From assembly GCA_037379345.1 (NCBI GenBank), contig CM074514.1, forward strand, positions 22,630,001-22,694,000: a stretch of DNA of 64,000 bases, in the 5' to 3' direction. This DNA comes from Perna viridis (lineage: Eukaryota). The notes below the pieces were generated by a model, which was not told the DNA's origin, ran no database searches, and saw only the letters and a list, made by a program, of their open reading frames with translations. Positions 56,968 through 64,000 of this stretch are shown one piece after another. A program made the translations under genes and the position numbers. The number at the start of each line of letters is the position of its first letter. Position 1 is the stretch's first letter.

Positions 56968-56973
56968 AATAAA
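56968..56973 (+). terminator. Candidate distal poly(A) signal of MRTF
   Basis: AATAAA followed by GT/T-rich sequence (tttgatgttgaatgttgtttc). A second AATAAA lies at 57091. Confidence 0.35.
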
Positions 56974-57123
56974 AACAGCTTTGATGTTGAATGTTGTTTC
57001 ATACGCCTATTCATATAAAAAATGTGTCAACAATTTGTGATGGGAAGATTAATTGGTTTAAACACACACTAACGTTAAATCATGTGCTGAAATAAAAGGA
57101 ACAATCCAATAGAAAAATGACCA

Positions 57124-57129
57124 TTTAAT
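57124..57129 (-). terminator. Candidate poly(A) signal of the SDR gene
   Basis: ATTAAA on the minus strand, about 130 nt after the stop codon. Confidence 0.35.
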
Positions 57130-57255
57130 ACATGTACATAAGAAATATTGCTAATTACAATAAGTGGTAAATAGGTTAATAAATTATTAAAAATGAAATA
57201 AATTATAAGAGACAGAATCACATTACAACATAAGTTCAGTAAGTCCAATGTCTAA

Positions 57256-57360
57256 CTATTCAGTTTTCTCCTTTGGCAAGGGTTTACCCGAGTTATATGC
57301 TTTATCTATGAAGTAATATATAATGCCTTCTGGTAGGAAATTACCAAGTCGAATCAGTAG
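57256..57360 (-). CDS. SDR terminal exon 6
   Basis: gttttcag|LLIRLGNFLPEGIIYYFIDKAYNSGKPLPKEKTE*. The six exons total 1140 nt = 379 aa plus stop. Confidence 0.85.
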   Translation of the reverse strand, partial: LLIRLGNFLPEGIIYYFIDKAYNSGKPLPKEKTE

Positions 57361-57439
57361 CTGAAAACAAGAACAAAAAAAATTATATAAATATACAAGT
57401 TGAAAATCATTTAAAAAAGAATTGCTACAAAACACATGG

Positions 57440-58310
57440 ACAACTAGACATTGGCCCTAATGGGACTAATACCCCTCCACAGCCTGTTGAACCCTGTACA
57501 TTTAGAGACCAATGGGGACATACAATTCATATTGGACACGATGTTTATGGTGGATAGACTGCACCTTTGACTCACAATTTGCTACCATTTGTTAAACACC
57601 AAACTCCAAACAGCAATCAGTACTATTTTTGCTGACAACACAATAACACAACATGACTAATTCCTGATAATATGCACATCTCCAAATGATAACCATTGAG
57701 TTGCATTACAATCATACAAGTTTTAAGAAGGATTTGTGGACAACACATCATACCAAAATTTGCTGAAAATGATTAAGTTACAACAGCCATTTTTTTCTAC
57801 AATAGTTGTCCGATCATAAGTTCCTGACAATATGCACATCTCCATATGGTAATCAAACACTCTATCATGTTTCATAACAATCCTGCAAGTTGTTACGGAG
57901 GAGTGCCAACAATGCATCAGACCAAATTTTGCCAAAAATTGCCTAAGTTCCAACAGCCATCATTTCTACAATGTTTGTCCTAACATTAATTCCTGAAAAT
58001 ATGCACATCTCCACACAGTAAATTAACACCCAATTAAGTTTCATAACAATCCTGCCAGTTGTTAAAGAGGAGTTGTGGACAGCACATGAGACCAAGTTAT
58101 TTTAAAAAATACCTATGATCAACAGCCATCATTTCTACAATTTTTGTGCAAACTTTAATTCCTGATAGTATGCACATCTCCAAATGGTTGTACATGTATT
58201 ACATCCCACAAAGTTTGATAACAGTGCTGCAAGCTGATAAAAAGTTAGGACAGATGGAGAGACAGAAAGGGTAAAACCTCTATACTCCACAAACTTTGTG
58301 GGAGTATAAT
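57440..58310. mobile_element. Helentron/HINE-like non-autonomous element with internal ~169-bp satellite units
   Basis: The anchor ttcctga..atatgcacatctcca occurs at 57661, 57821, 57990 and 58159. A degenerate GACA/GGA microsatellite and a terminal palindrome tatactccacaaa-c-tttgtgggagtata lie at 58281-58308. Confidence 0.7.
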
Positions 58311-58479
58311 TACTGGGTTTAATACTTGATGTGTTGAGGGTTATATCACAACCCAACATTTTATAATCTTGTAACTAAAAAGTATGAATGATTGATATCA
58401 AAAGCTTTACTTTCTAAAAAATATTACTCTTACAAAGTTCTTAGGTTCTCAGTATTTTTTTCTGAGTAGCAATACTAAA

Positions 58480-59160
58480 GGTACAAACAAGGGGAAATTC
58501 TTGAAGAAAACAATGTCATGATCACCAAAAGGACAAGTTACAAACAAGGGGAAATTCTTGAACAATACAATGTCAGGAACACCAAAAGGACAAGTTACAA
58601 ACAAGGGGAAATTCTTGAACAATACAATGTCAGGAACACCAAAAGGACAAGTTAAAACAAGTGGTAAGTCCTAAACAAAATTATGTCAGGAACACCAAAA
58701 TGAGAAGTTACAAACAAGGGAAATTCCTAAACAAAACAATGTCAGAAACACCAAAGTGACAAGTTACAAACAAGGGGAAAATCCTCAACAAAACAATGTC
58801 AGGTACACCAGAAGGATAAGTTACACCTATACAAAACAATGTCAGGACAACAGAAAAAGAACAAATTGTACTACACAATTCAACTAAAAAAGAACACAGA
58901 AAAATGACCAGCAAGAATCTCATTGAAAACCGGGGGGAACTCAAGTACTCCAGAAGGATGCACAATTTCTTCTTTTTGCAAGAAACCTGCTCTGCTGCTT
59001 ATTGAGAAATTATTTCAATGAAAGAGGGAAGACATCAGTTTTGTCATATTAGAAATAGTTACCCCAAATGGGTCAGTGAGGTCATGATGAAAACTGTAAA
59101 ACTTTAGGAACGATGACTTAATAGAGCCACATTGTTTACATAGCTTCTGCTTAAGCTGCT
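58480..59160 (-). mobile_element. Older relative of the RT-tail element, with a ~57-bp tandem array
   Basis: The minus strand reads IKSSFLKFYSFHHDLTDPFGVTISNMTK and carries gagtacttgagttccccccggtttt. About six ~57-bp units lie at 58480-58850. Confidence 0.55.
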
Positions 59161-59927
59161 GAGGTTAAACTAGAATAAAAATAAATAGTCACAGAATCTA
59201 GAAAAGTGAATGAGCTGCAAGACAATAACCCTGTATGCTGTATCAGCTTGAAAATTACAACATATTAAAGGATAGTTGGCTATGGGGAAATCAAAGTCAT
59301 CAACTTTCCTTTTTTGTCAATTTCATGATGAAGGTCAAGATAAGAGGCAGTTCAAGGCGTGTCTGTAATGTCAGTAATTTTAAACTATTTTGAGGACATA
59401 AATGAAGATTTTCTCCATATCTTAGATAAAAGAAGGATAAAACTTGAAGGGATACCCTCCACTTTTACAGTTAGTTTAAACTTATGACTATAAAGCTACA
59501 CACCAAATTTGAAATAAATCGATCCATGGGGAACTGAGATTTCTGCGACAAAAATTTTCTCTATCATTTCATATAGTGAAAAATGGCAAAGTCCCATTAC
59601 ACAAGAAATTGATATCATACAGCAATCAAAATTACTTACAAGGTACAATGTATGCCCCATCTATATAATGCTACACAGGAAATTTGAGTACAATCCATTC
59701 ATTCAAAGACACGGAGACAAGATAATTGCAACAAAATTTGAACTGAAGGATGGACAAATTGGTGATTCCAATATACCACCAACTCAGTGAGTGGGAGTAC
59801 AGTATCATCTATATACCATAAAATTAGTAAAAAAAATGAAAAAAAACAAACAAACAAACAAAATTATAAAAAAAAATATGCCAGACAACATTGTTTTCCA
59901 TCTATGGGTGTCTCTGTTTTCTCATTG

Positions 59928-60034
59928 AACCAGATAAACTTACATTATCCGGATCAACAAATCCATTGCCCCCATCAACCAGATAAACTTACATTATCCG
60001 GATCAACAAATCCATTGCCGCCATCAACCAGATA
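59928..60034. repeat. 49-bp tandem duplication spanning the SDR exon 5 donor
   Basis: aaccagata at 59928, 59977 and 60026. The two units differ by one base. Confidence 0.95.
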
Positions 60035-60229
60035 TCTTGTATTTGGATGTTTAGATACAACAGCGAGTTCTATACTATCTACAACAGGACCCATGGTATT
60101 GGAGGAATTAGACATGTAATCTGTAACTGACTTGTACATCCCATCAATGTACTGCTTTCCATATGTGTCCTTTACTTCTTTGTTACTGCTCTGCCACATC
60201 TTATTTAATTCTGCTTCATATTGTCCTAC
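59993..60229 (-). CDS. SDR exon 5
   Basis: tatcag|VGQYEAELNKMW...EVKDTYGKQY...PVVDSIELAVVSKHPNTRYLVDGGNGFVDPDN|gtaagt. Phase 0-0. Confidence 0.9.
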
Positions 60230-60957
60230 CTGATATAAATAAGTAATTGCATTTACTGTGCATATCATTAAAACATGCTAATCTCATTCTATAATTGGCT
60301 TTACACATGATGTTTCAAGAGTCAATGAAAAGCATTCTAGTTACTGGTATTTATAAGAACAAAGCCCATGTTTATTTACTGCTGTGTATTGCATTTCTAA
60401 AAATAAATAAAATATAATCAAAATGGTGTTCACCATCATGGACACTTTTGACACTGATGAAATTAAATTAGAGGAACATGTCAAATTTTTACTGCAGCAG
60501 CACACTTCATTAAAAATATGCAACAGTCAATGCTTTCACATGCTGATGAAGCATTCATTATTAAATAAAAAGTTATACCTTTGTTATTCAGTAATTATCT
60601 CCAGATATTAATAGAAAAATTAGCTGAAGCAGTTTATGTATAGTCTTAAACATTTTTTGCTGATATTTTATAAAATCAATGTGAAATGAACTTTGAAATT
60701 GATGATTCTGCAATTAAACTACCAATTATGTATCCTTGCTTCCAGTTGTATGGTGTCAGTTTCATAGCAAGCAGTGTTTCATATCATCTGAACTTCCAAT
60801 TATGACTTCCTATTATTACCCATAAGAAAATTATCTATATAAAAAATATGATAGGACTCCATTTTAATCTTTTTCAACTAAGCCTCAACTTATTTAACAA
60901 GGATTTACCATTAATTGAAAAAGGTGGTAAGGTAAGAACATCTGTTATAATTCGTAC

Positions 60958-61151
60958 CGTATTTTTGGTAAGCATTGAAGTAGAAGCAGTAAAGTTACCA
61001 GGTTCCACAGTGATGACATCTATACCAAACTTTCTCATCTCCATCCTGAGAGCGTCAGTAAAACCTTCCTGTCCATACTTTGTCATACAGAATGCTGAGT
61101 TACAAGGTATCCCTATCTTCCCTTTGTTACTTGTCACATTTACTATCCTTC
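60958..61151 (-). CDS. SDR exon 4 (active-site region)
   Basis: Encodes GRIVNVTSNKGKIGIPCNSAFCMTKYGQEGFTDALRMEMRKFGIDVITVEPGNF... Confidence 0.95.
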
Positions 61152-61627
61152 CTGTTCAGATATAGGAAAGATATCAATACAATTCAACACATTCAACTTA
61201 ATAGGATGTTTTCAATCATAGATTATTTACAGTATTTTTCTACATGTACCTGTTTTTCTGGTTTTTTTTTATAGATACAACCCATAGTTCCAATTCAGCC
61301 AAGGGAGCTGTTTCAATACATTTAAAGATAATGTAAGTTTTTTTTGCTCTTTTGGAGCACAACAATATCTCATCTTATATTTTTTATTATGTCAATCAAA
61401 ATGATCTACAAGTGGCTAACTGTAAGCTCTAGACACATAGGGGTAACTCAGTCAGCATACCTCAAGTGTGTCCACTATTCTGAGGAGGGTATTGACTACA
61501 CCAAAGTTGTACCAGTAAAGCATAATTGTAGTTAAATTAATAATGATATTGATAAAATACAACCAGTAACTTGTTTTTATCTTCTGTATAGTTTAGACTG
61601 TTCTTTATTGGATTCAACATACAATAC

Positions 61628-61780
61628 CTTTTGATTTTCGAATTAATGGCAAAAACTGTTTGGTCACTCGAACGAGCCCAAACAAGTTCACTTCAGCAAG
61701 ACGTCTGTACTCATCCAAGGGAGAGAACTCTACATCCCCAACACCATACACACCAGCATTGTTGATCAAGGCCCATAATC
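61628..61780 (-). CDS. SDR exon 3
   Basis: Encodes [19 protein letters not shown]...[22 protein letters not shown] (NNAG motif and catalytic Asn). Confidence 0.95.
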
Positions 61781-62577
61781 CTGTTTAATATTGTAAAAAA
61801 GCACCTCTATTTATAAATTAATGGCAATCAGTATCTAAACCATTGTTTAGATTAGAAGTTTGGATTTTGTTTTGAACACTTACAGCTTTATATTCTAGGC
61901 TCATCCATCTTTTTGTGGTGTGAACTCCATACCAAATTTTTTTTAGCACATCAACAAAATGAAAGGTAGCTTCTTTTCATGATGAACACACATTGTCCCA
62001 TGGATTATTAACAAACCCCTTGAATGAATTTTGAGTCACCAACCAGTTGTGACTGAACAGAATGACATATTGACAGATTGACATATAGATGAACACAGAA
62101 TAATACCATAATACTTGTACATCAGACTGGCATATAATAAAAAAAAATAAAGACAGTTTATCAGGTTATCACAAAAATTTGTTTTTAAACCCAGAAGTTT
62201 CTAATTTTCGAGGCAAAAAGGAATGTAAGTCAAAGGTAAAGTGGAAACCACTAAAATCAAAATTAAAGTATTATATGCTACATGTTTTTGGTCCAAAGAC
62301 CTGTGTAAAGTTTGAAACAATTATCATCATTAGGTTGAATGGTTGTTTAAATTCTATATTATCTTTTAAGTGAAAACCAAATCTGTGAATAATGAACACA
62401 AGGATCACAATACTGTCTTAACTCCTCTTGGACTAGGGTATAAATAGTGTTGATGCATATGATGTATGTATCAACATTGTTTATGTACATGTATATACTT
62501 AAACTTCAGACACATTATTACATATAAAACAGGTGTTGGTTAATCTTTAGTTATTTGATTCTCAGAAAAATATAAAC

Positions 62578-62775
62578 CTGTATCTTTGACAGTTTTTGTC
62601 ACATCAGTTACAGCCTTTTCTACACTGGTGTCATCTGTTATGTCTAACTGTACCAACTGCACCTTAGGATACTCAGATCTAAGTTTCTTTGCACCTGGAC
62701 TATCTAAACTTAAACATCCAGCAAGAACTGAGAAGCCTTCACCACAAAGTCGCCTGGCTGCACCATTTCCAAACC
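62578..62775 (-). CDS. SDR exon 2
   Basis: Encodes GFGNGAARRLCGEGFSVLAGCL...VQLDITDDTSVEKAV..., completing TGCDSGFG. GT-AG boundaries. Confidence 0.93.
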
Positions 62776-62954
62776 CTATAAATCAGAACATTGCAGTAAT
62801 TAATTTGTTATCAAAAAGCATAAGATTATAAATTATCTCATAGTTAAATCTTATTTGCACATATTAATGTAGTGTTGATAAAATTTAAATGATTCTATGA
62901 ATATTGACGTTATTCCTTCTTCAAATAAATCTAATACGGCACTTGTTACTTAAT

Positions 62955-63080
62955 CATCATCATCATCATTGCCCGTTATGCCTGTTTGCATGTAGGGTAG
63001 CAACAAGGATCTCCATTGGTGATGGTCTTCGGCCATCCTTTCAACAGTTTCCCAGGTTTGGTCTCCGTTCTTCATCCTTC
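62955..63080 (-). mobile_element. 5'-truncated RTE-clade LINE 3' end
   Basis: The minus strand encodes ..QTWETVERMAEDHHQWRSL/VATLHANRHNGQ*, followed by a (TGA)n tail. Flanked by a ~75-bp direct repeat. Confidence 0.75.
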
Positions 63081-63292
63081 AAAATTTAAATGGTTCTATG
63101 AACATTGACGTTGTTCCCTCTTCAAACAAATCTAATATGGCACTTGTTGACTTAATAATTCATCTATTTCCTGGTAGAGTATTGGCACATGCACAGATGT
63201 ACGTTAATATTGAAGCAAATACTTACAAAAAATTTGTATAGGTTTTATTAATTATGCAAAGCAAAAGTAGTTGAAATCTTAATAAGTTATAC

Positions 63293-63545
63293 CTGAATCA
63301 CATCCAGTAATAAATACAAATTTATTCTCTACATTGACTTTTCTAAAAGTAAGTTTTTGGTAGATAACATTCAGTATGATGAGTGCAGCTATAGACAAGA
63401 TTGTTCTGTATACAAGTGGCTGTACAACAATCCAAGGCAATACAGCTAGCATCCCCAAATAAGCAATTTCAAATGCTTGTAGTCCAAGAAATTTCTGGAT
63501 TCCCATCCCAAGGTAACTCCTCAGTCGATCTATTTGTGACAGCAT
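63293..63545 (-). CDS. SDR (BDH1/RDH-like, SDR9C type) coding exon 1: hydrophobic N-terminus and start of TGxxxGxG
   Basis: Acceptor at 63556 and ATG at 63545. Encodes MLSQIDRLRSYLG...hydrophobic stretch...KFVFITGCDS. Donor gtataa, phase 1. Confidence 0.9.
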
Positions 63546-64000
63546 TGTCTCTGTTCTAAGAATACAAACAAATACAGAAATATAATTGATCATTACAAGA
63601 CTTTGATTAGATGGAGTTGCCCAATGGGGTCTAAGTCTTTATTCAGATGACAGATGGTAAGATCTAGACTCTCCCTTAAAATAAATGCCTTTAATTGGAC
63701 CCTGATGTTGGTTTACCTTAATCTCAATCTACAATTTAAACTAGCTCTTGTTGTTCATTCACTGGTTTCCCACATTCAGTGAACAAAGAGCTAGTTCTAA
63801 TTAAGATTGTCTTAATCTGCAAATGGTAACATATGTCTTGTGTTTTTTGTAATACAAAATTGTAGTGATTGTTGAAAACTAAAGCCCATGAGGCTTCTTG
63901 ATTGGAAAGATCTTCTATTGCATTACATATGGTATAACATACTTCTTTGTTCATTGCTTCATTATTATGATCACATGATGCAAAGGACATTCCATATACA

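Overview
AT-rich eukaryotic (metazoan) genomic DNA with GT-AG spliceosomal introns. The repeat landscape suggests a bivalve mollusc (Mytilus-like), which is an inference. Two spliced genes converge tail to tail. (1) On the + strand is a myocardin-related transcription factor (MRTF/MKL). I assembled nine phase-consistent coding exons from 26805 to 49748, encoding three RPEL motifs, the basic B1 and Q regions, a SAP domain, a coiled coil, a PPxY motif and an acidic C-terminal activation region (1271 aa from ATG 26909). The frame is still open upstream, with candidate alternative first exons at about 9.0 and 20.8 kb. (2) On the - strand is a six-exon, 379-aa short-chain dehydrogenase/reductase of the BDH1/RDH type (63545-57256), whose catalytic YxxxK Tyr is replaced by Phe. 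The rest is intron/UTR containing Helentron/HINE-like elements with internal satellite units, Tc1/mariner-type MITEs, a tRNA-derived SINE, RT-derived retroelement remnants, a truncated RTE LINE with a ~75-bp target-site duplication, a hairpin-dense SINE-like retroposon and several tandem arrays. Most short ORFs in the supplied track are spurious. There are no prokaryotic systems or CRISPR arrays.
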